Positions 18,579 to 28,635 are shown, counted from the stretch's first letter. The stretch is 64,000 bases of DNA from Tabrizicola sp. YIM 78059 (GCA_943367815.1 CALRKA020000011.1:633-64632); one strand, 5' to 3'. Notes: generated by a model from the letters alone, not told the origin. Program-made: numbers and translations.

Positions 18579-19856
18579 TCAGAGCTGCTGCAGCCAGCCC
18601 AGCAGCCGGTGGCGCTGCTCCGGGGCCAGGGCCGTGAAGCGCTCTCGGGCGGCGGCTGCCTCCCCCCCGTGCCAGAGGATCGCCTCCTCGATGCTGCGGG
18701 CCCGGCCGTCGTGGAGGAACCCCACCGCGGCATTGACCCGCTGGGCCAGCCCCAGACCCCAGAGCGGAGTCGTGCGCCATTCCCGCCCCGGTGCCCCCTT
18801 CTCGGCCACCCCGTCGTCGAGGCCGGCACCCATGTCGTGCAGCAGCAGATCGGTGTACGGCCAGATCGTCTGGCTGTTGATCACCCCGGCCACCGCTGCC
18901 GCTGAACGGCCGGTGGCCAGCTGCGGCACATGGCAGCGGGCGCACTGCAGGCTGTCGAACAGTTCGCGGCCCCGCCGCACCACCTGGCTTGTGGCCGGCA
19001 GGGCGGTGCGCGGCGCCCCCAGGGTCTGGCTGTAGAAGGTGATCAGATCCAGCTCCCGGCGGCCGATGTCCCCCGGGCTGGTCAGCCCCATGTCGTTCAG
19101 GAGGGCCGCCGCGGTCTGCTCCTGGAGCGACGGGGAGATCGCCTTCCAGCCGAAGCGCCCCAGCCGTTGCGCCCCCCCTGGCCCCTCCAGCCAGTGGGGC
19201 CGGCCCGAGATCCCGTCGCCGTCACGGTCGTCGGGATCGGCGTGCTCCAGGATCGCCGCCTCCGGCACCGCCTCCAGCAGGCCCAGGCCGATAAGGGGCG
19301 GCGCCACCCGCAGGGAGCGGGCCACCGACCGCTCGGAAAGATCAACGGAAGGGTCCGCCTGCAGCTGGACCAGCGGCCGGCGGAGGCGATTCCGCTCCAG
19401 CCAGGCCACCGTCACGGCCGCATCCGGCTGGGCACCGAGCACGGCCCGGTCCCGCACCTGGCGGCCGAGCTCCGGCACCGGCTGCCCGTCCCGCAGCGCC
19501 ACCCGCACCAGGGATTCCCCCATCAACGGGCGGCCTCGGCCGTTGCGCACATGGCAGGCGACGCAGGAGGCGGCATTGAAGCGGGGCCCCAGACCCGCCC
19601 CGGGGGGCCCCTCCAGGGGCACATGGGTGCGATCGAAGAGCACATCAGCCGCCTGGTGGCGCGCCCGTTCGGCGGGGGTGAGGCCGGCGGCCGGCTGCTC
19701 GAAGGAGGCCGAGGTACGGTTGGCCACCGTCATCGCTCCGGCGGCCTGCCGGGGATCGGCGGCCCCCCACACCTGCCGCAGGCCGAACCCGAGCACCACG
19801 GCCAGGGCCAGGGCCGCCAGCAGGACCCGTCGCAGACCCCGGGCGGAACGGGCCAT
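18579..19856 (-). CDS. di-heme oxidoreductase family (DUF1111 / IrpB-like) protein
   Basis: Two CxxCH motifs (CVACH, CARCH), GLGPRFN, PYTDLLLHDMG, WRTTPLWGLG, LHDGRARSIEEAILWHGGEA; TGATG overlap with imelysin. Confidence 0.9.
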   Translation of the reverse strand: MARSARGLRRVLLAALALAVVLGFGLRQVWGAADPRQAAGAMTVANRTSASFEQPAAGLTPAERARHQAADVLFDRTHVPLEGPPGAGLGPRFNAASCVACHVRNGRGRPLMGESLVRVALRDGQPVPELGRQVRDRAVLGAQPDAAVTVAWLERNRLRRPLVQLQADPSVDLSERSVARSLRVAPPLIGLGLLEAVPEAAILEHADPDDRDGDGISGRPHWLEGPGGAQRLGRFGWKAISPSLQEQTAAALLNDMGLTSPGDIGRRELDLITFYSQTLGAPRTALPATSQVVRRGRELFDSLQCARCHVPQLATGRSAAAVAGVINSQTIWPYTDLLLHDMGAGLDDGVAEKGAPGREWRTTPLWGLGLAQRVNAAVGFLHDGRARSIEEAILWHGGEAAAARERFTALAPEQRHRLLGWLQQL

Positions 19857-20908
19857 CAGGAGAGCAGGGGCACCGAGCGCTCCACCAGCGCCGCGGTGCT
19901 GTGCAGCTGGCCGATCAGGGCCTCCATCGCCCGGCGGGAGGCCGGATCGTCGAGGTGATCGTTGACCGGGTCCGGCAGGGCCCGGGCCAGATCCACGGCC
20001 CGAGCGGTCTGGGTGTCGATCTGCTGGGCCAGGTCGGCGTCCCGCCAGCGGATCAAGTCCAGCAGGCCGGTGCTCATCAGCACGCGGCGGGCCCCTTCCA
20101 CGTTGGCCAGCAGATCCGAGCGGGTGTTGCCGCTGTCGGCACTTTCCAGCGTGTGGGGATCCCGGGTTTTCAGCGGCTGGCCGAGCTTCTCGTCGCCCTC
20201 CTCCTGGAGCAGCCCGATCACCCCCTGCAGCATCTCCTGCACGGCCGTGCCGGCCTCGGCGGGGGCACTGATCCGGGCACCGAAGCCCCCGGGCCCCGAC
20301 CAGCTGGCCCGCAGCCCCTCGGCCTGGCGGTGCAGATCTCCCGCCGCCTGGCGGAGGTAGGCCAGATCGTTGGGGCCGAGCTGGGCGGCGCTGGCCGGTG
20401 TGCCGGTGCGACCACCCCAAAGCACCCATTCGATGCCGTGGAACCCCTTGGCGGTGTCGCTGAGGGTGGCGAAGGTGGCGGCGGTGAACGGGCCACCGGC
20501 CAGGGCCGTGGCCAGGTCCCGGCGGTTCACCGGCCAGTCGTCCATCGCCCCGTCGAAGCCCTGGGTTTCCGCCGGTCCGAAGGCCCAGCTCTCACTGGTC
20601 TCCCAGGTCCGGCGCGCCGAGCGCCAGGCCTGGCGGGCCGCCTCGAGGTGCGGCTCCGACGGCTGGTCCGAGAGGCGCCCGATCGCCTCCTGGAGGACCG
20701 CCGTCTGCGCCACCAGCGCGTTGGCGTTGGGCTGCACCACCGTCGCGACGAAGCTCTCGACCACCGCCTGCGGGGTCGGAGCCTCGGCGCGGCTCTGGGT
20801 ACCGCATCCGCTCACAGCCAGCCCCAGCCACAGGGGCAGGCCCAGGGCCAGGGTTCGGCGCCGGAGGGTCGCACGGGTCGATGGGGTGACGTGGCGCGCT
20901 CGGATCAC
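19856..20908 (-). CDS. imelysin family (IrpA-like) lipoprotein (start uncertain)
   Basis: Lipobox AVSGC, AFGPAE, DDWPVN, GFHGIEWVLW (GxHxxE), ES..SGNT. Confidence 0.87.
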   Translation of the reverse strand: MIRARHVTPSTRATLRRRTLALGLPLWLGLAVSGCGTQSRAEAPTPQAVVESFVATVVQPNANALVAQTAVLQEAIGRLSDQPSEPHLEAARQAWRSARRTWETSESWAFGPAETQGFDGAMDDWPVNRRDLATALAGGPFTAATFATLSDTAKGFHGIEWVLWGGRTGTPASAAQLGPNDLAYLRQAAGDLHRQAEGLRASWSGPGGFGARISAPAEAGTAVQEMLQGVIGLLQEEGDEKLGQPLKTRDPHTLESADSGNTRSDLLANVEGARRVLMSTGLLDLIRWRDADLAQQIDTQTARAVDLARALPDPVNDHLDDPASRRAMEALIGQLHSTAALVERSVPLLS

Positions 20909-21072
20909 GATCAGGCCGCAGGCGTGTTCCGGCACTGTCCACCGGCCGCCCTGGACGCGACCGGCGACGGGGCACCCGGCAGCGTGACCGATGGCACCGT
21001 CGGCTGTCCTTTTCGAGGCGGCCCGACCTGGCGGGGGCCTGCACACTCGGCAGCACCCGACGCCGTTCGTCC

Positions 21073-21267
21073 ATGCCACGCCCCCGCTCCAGCATCGCCC
21101 TGTTTCTGGCCGCCACCGGGCTGGTCGCCGGAATGGCGGCGGGCTGCGGGAAGGCTCCGGACGCCGACGAACCCGCCACCCCTGCTGCCGGGCAGCCGAC
21201 CGGCGGGGGCGGCGCCGTCAACTACCACAGCGAGGGCGGCGAAGGGGGCGAGGGCGGTGAGGGCTGA
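21073..21267 (+). CDS. small lipoprotein ending in H-S-(EGG)3
   Basis: Signal peptide with lipobox AAGC; C-terminus NYHSEGGEGGEGGEG. Confidence 0.65.
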   Translation: MPRPRSSIALFLAATGLVAGMAAGCGKAPDADEPATPAAGQPTGGGGAVNYHSEGGEGGEGGEG

Positions 21268-21339
21268 GGCGGCTCTGCCCCGGACGGCGGGGATGAGCTG
21301 GACGGCGACACAACCGGTCCCGCCTCATGGAAACGATGC

Positions 21340-21365
21340 CGATAACAATTATCGTTCTCACAATT
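21340..21365. promoter_or_regulatory. putative Fur box upstream of porin
   Basis: AT-rich dyad CGATAA-CAA-TTATCG followed by TTCTCACAATT in a GC-rich background; resembles GATAATGATAATCATTATC. Confidence 0.6.
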
Positions 21366-21426
21366 CATTCAGGGGCCTTTCCCCCCGGCGCCTCCGCTCC
21401 GTTCACTCGTCAACGCGATCCCATCC

Positions 21427-23025
21427 ATGAACTCCCCGTTGCGTCGTCTGCTTCCCCTCGCCACCGCCGGCCTGCTGGCGCCCCTGGCCCCGATCGGGGC
21501 CAACGCAAGCGAGCTGAACCTGGAGGGGGTCAACCGCTATGCCCGCTCCGCCGTGGGGCAGAGCCAGGAGCAAGTCACCAGCATCAACCAGTTTTCCGAC
21601 GTCAAGCCCACCGACTGGGCCTTCCAGGCCCTCTCGAACCTGATCGAGCGCTACGGCTGCGTCGCCGGCTACCCGAACGGCACCTACAAGGGCGGCCAGG
21701 CCATGACCCGCTATGAAGCGGCGGCCCTGCTGAACGCCTGCCTCGACAGGATCACCGAGGTGACCGACGAGCTGAAGCGCCTGATGGCCGAGTTCGAGAA
21801 GGAACTCGCCGTGCTGCGCGGCCGGGTGGATGGCCTGGAGGCCAAGGTGGGCGAACTCGAAGCCACCCGGTTCTCCACCACCACGAAGCTGAGTGGCCAG
21901 GCCACCTTCGTGATCGGGGCCAATGGGTTTTCGGGCAGTGACACCCCCGCCGTTGATGCCGCCCGGGCCGCCGTGGGCGCCACCACCTTCAGCTACGACA
22001 TCCAGCTGAGCTTCGACACCAGCTTCACCGGCAAGGACCTGCTGCGCACGATCCTGCGGGCCGGCAACTTCGCCGATTCCGCCTTCGGCGGCGCCGGCCC
22101 CACCGGCGGGCTCTCCACCCTGGAGGTGGCCTTCCAGGAAGATTGCGGACCCCTCGCCGACTGCGGCGACGTGGTGGCGATCGACAAGATCTTCTACCAG
22201 TTCCCGATCGGCAGCCAGTTCACCGCCACCGTCGGCGGCCGGGTGGGTCAGGAGGACATGCTCGCCCTCTGGCCGAGCGCCTACCCCTCCGACACGATCC
22301 TCAACCTGTTCACCCTCAACGGCGCCCCGGCGGCCTACAACAAGAACCTCGGCCCGGGGGCCGGTCTGTGGTGGCAGCAGGGTGGCTTCAGCATCAGCGC
22401 CAACTACGTGGCCGCCAACGGGGACGTGGGTGATCCCAACATCGGCGGCATCGGCACCGTGGCCTCGGCCGGCACCGGCACGGTGCAGATCGGCTACGCG
22501 AAGGAACAGTGGGGGCTGGCGGCGGTCTACTCCCGCATCCAGTCGGGCGTGGGGGTGCCCGGCACCACCCCCTTCACGGGGCTCACCTTCGAAGCCAACC
22601 CCAACAGCCGCACCGATGCCTTCGGCGTCAGCGGCTACTGGCAACCGGCCAACTCCGGCTGGATTCCCTCCATCAGCCTGGGCTGGGGCCTCAACGGCAC
22701 CAGCTACGACACGGCCCAGGCTCCCGGGGCCCTGCACACCAGCCAGTCGTGGATGGTGGGCCTGCAGTGGGACGACGCCTTCGTCAAAGGCAATGCCCTC
22801 GGCATGGCGGTGGGCCAGCCCATCTTCGCCACGGCCCTGGCCGACGGCCAGACGCCCCAGGACGGCAATTTCGCCTGGGAGTGGTGGTACAAGTGGCAGG
22901 TCACCGACAACATCAGCGTGACGCCGGCCCTCTTCTATCTGAGCCGGCCCCTGGGGCAGGACACCACCCCCGGCACCACCTTCCGGCAGCTGGGCGGACT
23001 GGTGAAGACCACCTTCCGCTTCTGA
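21427..23025 (+). CDS. cyanobacterial SLH-domain (Som-type / iron uptake) porin
   Basis: FSDVKPTDWAFQAL, ERYGCVAGYP, TRYEAAALLNACL, FSTTTKL, C-terminal KTTFRF. Confidence 0.93.
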   Translation: MNSPLRRLLPLATAGLLAPLAPIGANASELNLEGVNRYARSAVGQSQEQVTSINQFSDVKPTDWAFQALSNLIERYGCVAGYPNGTYKGGQAMTRYEAAALLNACLDRITEVTDELKRLMAEFEKELAVLRGRVDGLEAKVGELEATRFSTTTKLSGQATFVIGANGFSGSDTPAVDAARAAVGATTFSYDIQLSFDTSFTGKDLLRTILRAGNFADSAFGGAGPTGGLSTLEVAFQEDCGPLADCGDVVAIDKIFYQFPIGSQFTATVGGRVGQEDMLALWPSAYPSDTILNLFTLNGAPAAYNKNLGPGAGLWWQQGGFSISANYVAANGDVGDPNIGGIGTVASAGTGTVQIGYAKEQWGLAAVYSRIQSGVGVPGTTPFTGLTFEANPNSRTDAFGVSGYWQPANSGWIPSISLGWGLNGTSYDTAQAPGALHTSQSWMVGLQWDDAFVKGNALGMAVGQPIFATALADGQTPQDGNFAWEWWYKWQVTDNISVTPALFYLSRPLGQDTTPGTTFRQLGGLVKTTFRF

Positions 23026-23076
23026 TCCCGGCCCGCGGGAACGGATGATGAGGGGGACCTGGATGGCCTGGCCACC

Positions 23077-23766
23077 ATGGATCTCACGCCGTTCCTGGGC
23101 AGCCTGGAGGGCAACACCTTCGATGCGGTGCTGCTCTCGGTGGCTTCCGGGGGAAAGGTGGCGATCGCCATGAAGGGCCGCTTCCTGCTGCGGGCGCTCT
23201 GCGAGAGCATCAGCGACCGCAGCCTGATCGGCTGCGCCATCACCCACGAGCAGGGCTGCCTCGACTATCTGCAGCAGGAGCCCTACGACCTGCTGCTCTG
23301 CACCGATCACCTGGAGAGCGGCAACGGCTTCGATCTCACCCGCCGGGCGAAGGAGATCTATCCCGACCTCAAGGTGGTGATGCTGGCCCTCGGCGATGTG
23401 ATTCCCGCTGAATACGAGCACGCCCCCTGGCTGGAGGCCGTGGTGGCCGAAGCCGACATCGTCGACGACCAACGGCCCCTGCAGGCCGCCGTGATCGCCG
23501 TGATGGGGCACCACTCCTACCGCAGCCCCTCCCTGCGCTCCGGCAAGCTGCCCTACCTCAGCTGTCCTCGGCTGACCCCGCGGGAGTACGAGGTGCTCGA
23601 CCTGCTGGCCAGCGGCCTCAGCGACCGTGAGATCGCCCAGAAGCTGGTGGTGAGCGACGCCACGGCCCGCACTTACACCAAGCGCCTGCTCCAGACCCTG
23701 GGGGTCAACAACAGGCTGCAGGCCGTCCTAAAGGGGGTCCGCTGCGGCATGGTCCAGCTGGGCTGA
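23077..23766 (+). CDS. LuxR/NarL-type response regulator with atypical receiver
   Basis: C-terminal LTPREYEVLDLLASGLSDREIA HTH; receiver PYDLLLCTDHLESGNG. Confidence 0.85.
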   Translation: MDLTPFLGSLEGNTFDAVLLSVASGGKVAIAMKGRFLLRALCESISDRSLIGCAITHEQGCLDYLQQEPYDLLLCTDHLESGNGFDLTRRAKEIYPDLKVVMLALGDVIPAEYEHAPWLEAVVAEADIVDDQRPLQAAVIAVMGHHSYRSPSLRSGKLPYLSCPRLTPREYEVLDLLASGLSDREIAQKLVVSDATARTYTKRLLQTLGVNNRLQAVLKGVRCGMVQLG

Positions 23767-23824
23767 AACAGCACCATCAAGGCCGACGGGTCGGGCCTTC
23801 AGGGAAGCCGATCAGGAAAAGGGA

Positions 23825-23896
23825 TGGGTCGCCTGAGATTCGAACTCAGGACCAGTCGGTTAAAAGCCGAATGCTCTACCGCTGAGCTAGCGACCC
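23825..23896 (-). tRNA. trnK: tRNA-Lys(UUU)
   Basis: Reverse complement GGGTCGCTAGCTCAGCGGTAGAGCATTCGGCTTTTAACCGACTGGTCCTGAGTTCGAATCTCAGGCGACCCA; cloverleaf with TTT anticodon, no encoded CCA. Confidence 0.97.
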
Positions 23897-23956
23897 GTCG
23901 CTGGGGAAGCTATCACCCGGCGGCGACCCTCTCCAAGCCCGCCGCCCGCGCCACCC

Positions 23957-24472
23957 ATGACCAGCCCCGACGCCTGGCCCAGCCACTGGGACGCCCCCCA
24001 CATCGACGCCGCCGCCTGGGTGGCCCCGTCGGCTGTGGTGATCGGCGATGTGCGGCTGGCGGCAGGGGCCAGCCTCTGGCCCACCGTCGTGGCCCGGGGG
24101 GATGTCTGCGCCATCCGGGTGGGGGAGGGCAGCAACGTGCAGGACGGCGCCGTGCTGCACGGCGATCCGGGCCAGCCCGTGACCATCGGCGCCGATGTGA
24201 CCATCGGCCACCGGGCCGTGGTCCACGGCGCCACGCTGGAGGACGGCTGCCTGATCGGCATCGGCGCCATCGTGCTCAACGGCGTCACGGTGGGGGCCGG
24301 GGCCCTGGTGGCGGCCGGCTCGGTGGTGACCCGCGACGTGCCCGCCGGCGCCCTGGTGATGGGGGCTCCGGCGGTGGTGAAACGGCAGCTGGATCCCGCC
24401 GCGATCGAGGCCCAGCGACAGCATGCGCATCGTTATCGCCAGCTGGCGGAGGTTCACGCTGGACTCCGTTAG
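23957..24472 (+). CDS. gamma carbonic anhydrase family protein
   Basis: Hexapeptide repeats; RGD, NVQDG..LH, TIGH..V.HG. Confidence 0.9.
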   Translation: MTSPDAWPSHWDAPHIDAAAWVAPSAVVIGDVRLAAGASLWPTVVARGDVCAIRVGEGSNVQDGAVLHGDPGQPVTIGADVTIGHRAVVHGATLEDGCLIGIGAIVLNGVTVGAGALVAAGSVVTRDVPAGALVMGAPAVVKRQLDPAAIEAQRQHAHRYRQLAEVHAGLR

Positions 24473-24502
24473 GATCCCGCCAACGTTTTCCCCTCCCCCG
24501 CC

Positions 24503-24625
24503 ATGGACCTCCGGCTGCTGCTCGTCGCTGCTCCGATCCTCCTGGCCGTGGGTTGGGCCGCCTTCAACATCGGCCGCGCCGCCGTGGGTCAGCTGCAACT
24601 GATGCTCAAGCGCGCCCGCGCCTGA
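24503..24625 (+). CDS. psbY: photosystem II protein Y
   Basis: Manually translated [40 protein letters not shown] (below the ORF-track cutoff). Confidence 0.93.
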   Translation: MDLRLLLVAAPILLAVGWAAFNIGRAAVGQLQLMLKRARA

Positions 24626-26016
24626 TGGTCGTCGTCATCGGTGCCGGCCTGGCCGGCACCGAAGCCGCCTGGCAGATCGCCGAGGCCGGGATTCCGGTGC
24701 GGCTGGTGGAGATGCGGCCCGTGTGCTCCTCCCCGGCCCACCACAGCGGCGATTTCGCCGAACTGGTCTGCAGCAACAGCTTCGGCTCCCTCTCCCCCGA
24801 CCGGGCCGCCGGCCTGCTGCAGGAGGAGCTCAGGCGCCTGGGATCGCTGGTGATCCGCACCGCTGACGTCCATGCGGTGCCCGCCGGCGGCGCCCTGGCC
24901 GTCGACCGGGGTCGCTACAGCGCCGCCCTCACGGCCGCCGTCGAGGCCCATCCCCTGGTGACAGTGGAGCGCCGCGAGCAGCTGGCGCTGCCCGACCCGG
25001 AAGAGATCGCCGTGCTGGCCACCGGGCCCCTCACCGGCGCTGCCCTGGCCGACGACCTGCTGCGCTTCACCGGACGGGAGTCCTGCCATTTCTTCGATGC
25101 CGCCAGTCCGATCGTGGAAGGCGAAGGCATCGACCTGTCGGTGGCCTTCCGGGCCAGCCGCTACGACAAGGGCGACGCCGACTACATCAACTGCCCCATG
25201 GACCGGGAGCAGTACCTCGCCTTCCGCACGGCCCTGCTGGAGGCCGAGAAGGCGGAGCTGAAGGATTTCGAGCAGGAGAGCGCCACCTTCTTCGAGGGCT
25301 GCCTGCCGATCGAGGAGCTGGCCCGCCGCGGCGAGGACACGATGCGCTACGGCCCCCTCAAGCCGATCGGCCTCTGGGATCCGCGCTGGGGCGACCTGCA
25401 CGACCGCGACGTGCGCCGCGCCAAGCGGGCCCACGCGGTGGTGCAGCTGCGCCAGGAGGACAAGGACGGCCAGCTCTGGAACCTGGTCGGCTTCCAGACC
25501 AACCTCAAGTGGGGCGAGCAGCAGCGGGTGCTGCGCATGATCCCCGGCCTCGAGAACGCCAGCTTCGTGCGGTTCGGGGTGATGCACCGCAACACCTTCC
25601 TGGAGTCCCCCGAGCTGCTGCAGCCCACCCTGCAGTTCCGCCAGCGGCCCTGCCTGCTGGCCGCCGGTCAGATCACCGGCACCGAGGGCTACGCGGCCGC
25701 AGTGGCGGGCGGCTGGCTGGCCGGCACCAATGCCGTCCGGCTGGTGCGGGGACTGCCGCCCCTGAGCCTGCCGCCCACCACCATGGCCGGTGCCCTGCTG
25801 GGCTTCATCTCGGATGCGGAGCGCAGCCACGGCGCCCGCAAGGGGGGCTTCCAGCCCATGCCCCCCAGCTTCGGCCTGATGCCGGAGCTGCCGGAGCGCA
25901 TCCGCGACAAACGCCGCCGCTATGGCGCCTACCGCGACCGGGCCCTGGCGGATCTTGCCGCCTGGGACGCCCAGCGCCAGGCCGCAACTTCGGCGGTGGC
26001 GATGGCCGCGGGCTGA
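24625..26016 (+). CDS. trmFO: FADH2-dependent tRNA (uracil-5)-methyltransferase
   Basis: [46 protein letters not shown]; ATG overlaps psbY stop. Confidence 0.95.
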   Translation: MVVVIGAGLAGTEAAWQIAEAGIPVRLVEMRPVCSSPAHHSGDFAELVCSNSFGSLSPDRAAGLLQEELRRLGSLVIRTADVHAVPAGGALAVDRGRYSAALTAAVEAHPLVTVERREQLALPDPEEIAVLATGPLTGAALADDLLRFTGRESCHFFDAASPIVEGEGIDLSVAFRASRYDKGDADYINCPMDREQYLAFRTALLEAEKAELKDFEQESATFFEGCLPIEELARRGEDTMRYGPLKPIGLWDPRWGDLHDRDVRRAKRAHAVVQLRQEDKDGQLWNLVGFQTNLKWGEQQRVLRMIPGLENASFVRFGVMHRNTFLESPELLQPTLQFRQRPCLLAAGQITGTEGYAAAVAGGWLAGTNAVRLVRGLPPLSLPPTTMAGALLGFISDAERSHGARKGGFQPMPPSFGLMPELPERIRDKRRRYGAYRDRALADLAAWDAQRQAATSAVAMAAG

Positions 26017-26082
26017 GCCGGCCCGCCCCCCCGGAGCCGGGCCGCTTCCTAGGGTCGGGCCGCTCCCGTTCGCCTGGTTCCG

Positions 26083-27657
26083 GTGACCGTCACCGTCCCT
26101 TCCGCCGCCGCCCCCCTCACCGCAGCCGATGGCCGCCCCTGGGACGTGGTCGTGATCGGCTCAGGGATCGGCGGGCTGGTCACCGCCAGCCAGCTGGCGG
26201 CCAAGGGGGCCTCGGTGCTGGTGCTGGAGCGCTATCTGATCCCCGGCGGCAGCGGCGGCAGCTTTCAGCGCGAGGGCTACACCTTCGACGTCGGCGCCTC
26301 GATGATCTTCGGCTTCGGCGAGAAGGGCCACACCAACCTGCTCACCCGCGCCCTGGCCGATGTGGGCGAGCACTGCGAGACGATCCCCGACCCGGCCCAG
26401 CTGGCCTACCACCTGCCCGGCGGCCTGTCGGTGGCGGTCGACCGCGACTACGAGCGCTTCATCGCTGATCTCACCGCCCTGTTTCCCCATGAGGCCAGGG
26501 GGATCCGCGCCTTCTACGACACCTGCTGGCAGGTCTTCCGCTGCCTCGATGCGATGCCGCTGCTGTCGCTGGAGGACCCCGCCTACCTGGCCAAGGTGTT
26601 CTTCCGCGCGCCCCTGGCCTGCCTGGGGCTGGCCCGCTGGCTGCCGGTGAACGTGGGCGCCGTGGCCCGTGCGCACATCAGCGATCCGGCCCTGCTCAAG
26701 TTCATCGACATGGAGTGCTTCTGCTGGTCGGTGATGCCCGCCGATCGCACCCCGATGATCAACGCCGGCATGGTGTTCTCCGATCGCCACGCCGGCGGCA
26801 TCAACTACCCCAAAGGCGGCGTCGGTGTGATCGCCGAGAAGCTGGTGACGGGCCTGCGAAGCCACGGCGGCGAGATCCGCTACCGGGCGCGGGTGGTGAA
26901 GGTGCTGCTGGAGGGCGAGGGAACGCAGGCCCGCGCCGTGGGGGTGCGGCTGGCCAGTGGCGAGGAGATCCGCGCCCGGCGGGTGGTGAGCAACGCCACC
27001 CGCTGGGACACCTTCGGCTCCCTGGTGGACGAGGCGCACACCCCGGCGGCCGAGCACACCTGGCGACGGCGCTACCGGCCCTCCTCCTCCTTCCTCTCCC
27101 TGCACCTGGGGGTGCGGGCGGAGGCGATCCCCGCCGGCAGCCATGTCCACCACCTGCTGCTGGAGCGCTGGGAGGACATGGAAGCTGAGCAGGGGGTGAT
27201 CTTCGTCTCGATCCCCACCCTGCTGGATCCCTCCCTGGCCCCGGCCGGCCACCACATCGTGCACACCTTCACCCCCTCGGAGATGGCCCCCTGGCAGGGG
27301 CTGGCCCCGGGGGCCTACCGGGCCGCCAAGGAGGCCGCCGCCACCCGGCTGATCCGCCGCCTGGAGGCGATCCTGCCGGGGCTGGAGGGGGCGATCACCC
27401 ACCGGGAGATCGGCACCCCCCGCAGCCACCGCCGCTTCCTGGGCCGCCACGGCGGCAGCTACGGGCCGGTGCCGGCCCTGCGGCTGCCCGGCCTGCTGCC
27501 GATGCCCTTCAACCGCACCGCCATCCCTGATCTCTACTGCGTCGGGGATTCCTGTTTCCCCGGCCAGGGCCTCAATGCGGTGGCCTTCAGCGGCTTCGCC
27601 TGCGCCCACCGCATCGGCGCCGACCTGGGCCTCAATCCCTGGAACCTGCCGGCCTGA
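26083..27657 (+). CDS. crtH: carotenoid isomerase
   Basis: GSGIGG FAD motif, FDVGASMIFGFG, FIDMECFCWS, INYPKGG, GDSCFPGQGLNAVAFSG. Confidence 0.93.
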   Translation: MTVTVPSAAAPLTAADGRPWDVVVIGSGIGGLVTASQLAAKGASVLVLERYLIPGGSGGSFQREGYTFDVGASMIFGFGEKGHTNLLTRALADVGEHCETIPDPAQLAYHLPGGLSVAVDRDYERFIADLTALFPHEARGIRAFYDTCWQVFRCLDAMPLLSLEDPAYLAKVFFRAPLACLGLARWLPVNVGAVARAHISDPALLKFIDMECFCWSVMPADRTPMINAGMVFSDRHAGGINYPKGGVGVIAEKLVTGLRSHGGEIRYRARVVKVLLEGEGTQARAVGVRLASGEEIRARRVVSNATRWDTFGSLVDEAHTPAAEHTWRRRYRPSSSFLSLHLGVRAEAIPAGSHVHHLLLERWEDMEAEQGVIFVSIPTLLDPSLAPAGHHIVHTFTPSEMAPWQGLAPGAYRAAKEAAATRLIRRLEAILPGLEGAITHREIGTPRSHRRFLGRHGGSYGPVPALRLPGLLPMPFNRTAIPDLYCVGDSCFPGQGLNAVAFSGFACAHRIGADLGLNPWNLPA

Positions 27658-27699
27658 ATCCGCCGGCGCCCATCAACCCTTCTGCCCCCCACGCGCCCC

Positions 27700-28635
27700 A
27701 TGGTTCCCGACCACCGCCTGCACTGCGTCGTGCGGCCCCAGCCCCCGGCCGCCGGCGAGGGCCTGCGGCTGGGAATCTGGCAGGGCAGCGGCAGCGCCGG
27801 CACCCCTGAGGCCCTCGAAGAGAACCTGGAGCGCCTGGAGCGCGTCTGCGCCCTGGCGGCGGGCCACGGGGTGCAGCTGCTGGCCTTCCCGGAGCTCTAC
27901 CTCACCGGTTACATCGTCACGCCCGCCATCGCGCGGCAGCTGGCGGAGCCGGTGGACGGCCCCAGCCTGCGGCGGGTGGCCGCCGCGGCGGGCCGCCATG
28001 GCCTGGCGGTGGCCTGTCCCTACGCCGAACGGGCGACCGTGGCCGGCGAGGAGCGCTTCTACGACGCCATCGCCCTGTTCGATCGGGACGGCAGCCTGCT
28101 GCGCAACTACCGCAAGACCCACCTCTGGGGGCCGGATGAGAAGCGCTGCTGGAGCGCCGGCTACCGCCACCCCGAGGAGGGGGCGGCCTTCACGGTGCAG
28201 CCGGTGAACGGAGTGGGGGTGGGCCTGCTGAACTGCTACGAGGCCGAGTTCCCCGAGCTCACCCGGCGGCTGGCGCTGGAGGGGGCGCGGCTGGTGCTGA
28301 TTCCCACGGCCGCCGATGCCTGGGCCGAGCTGAGCACCGGCGAGCGCACCGACCGGCCCTACCCGGACGTCTCCCGCACCCTGATCCCGGCCCATGCCTT
28401 CCAGAACGGCTGCTTCGTGGCCTACGCCAACCGCTGCGGCGAGGAAACGGTGAACGGGCATGTGATGGCCGCCTACCTGGGCAACAGCGTCATCTGCGGC
28501 CCCCATGGCGACGTGCTGGCGGCCGCCCGGCCCGAGCCCACCCTGCTGATCGCCGACTGCCGGCCCGGCGAGTACGGGCCCACCCACCCCGCCGCCACCC
28601 GCTACCACGAGGACCTGCGGCCCGATCTCTACTGA
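27700..28635 (+). CDS. carbon-nitrogen hydrolase (nitrilase family)
   Basis: Glu-Lys-Cys triad: FPELYLTGY, YRKTHLW, NCYEAEFPE. Confidence 0.88.
   Translation: MVPDHRLHCVVRPQPPAAGEGLRLGIWQGSGSAGTPEALEENLERLERVCALAAGHGVQLLAFPELYLTGYIVTPAIARQLAEPVDGPSLRRVAAAAGRHGLAVACPYAERATVAGEERFYDAIALFDRDGSLLRNYRKTHLWGPDEKRCWSAGYRHPEEGAAFTVQPVNGVGVGLLNCYEAEFPELTRRLALEGARLVLIPTAADAWAELSTGERTDRPYPDVSRTLIPAHAFQNGCFVAYANRCGEETVNGHVMAAYLGNSVICGPHGDVLAAARPEPTLLIADCRPGEYGPTHPAATRYHEDLRPDLY

Noticed and set aside
21403-23514. 703-aa minus-strand ORF over the porin and LuxR genes
   Set aside because: Antisense shadow of clearly recognisable + strand genes.
23824-24624. N-terminal extension of the 730-aa ORF as a tRNA-spanning TrmFO fusion
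   Set aside because: It overlaps the tRNA, gamma-CA and psbY; the real TrmFO begins at ATG 24625 with the Rossmann motif.
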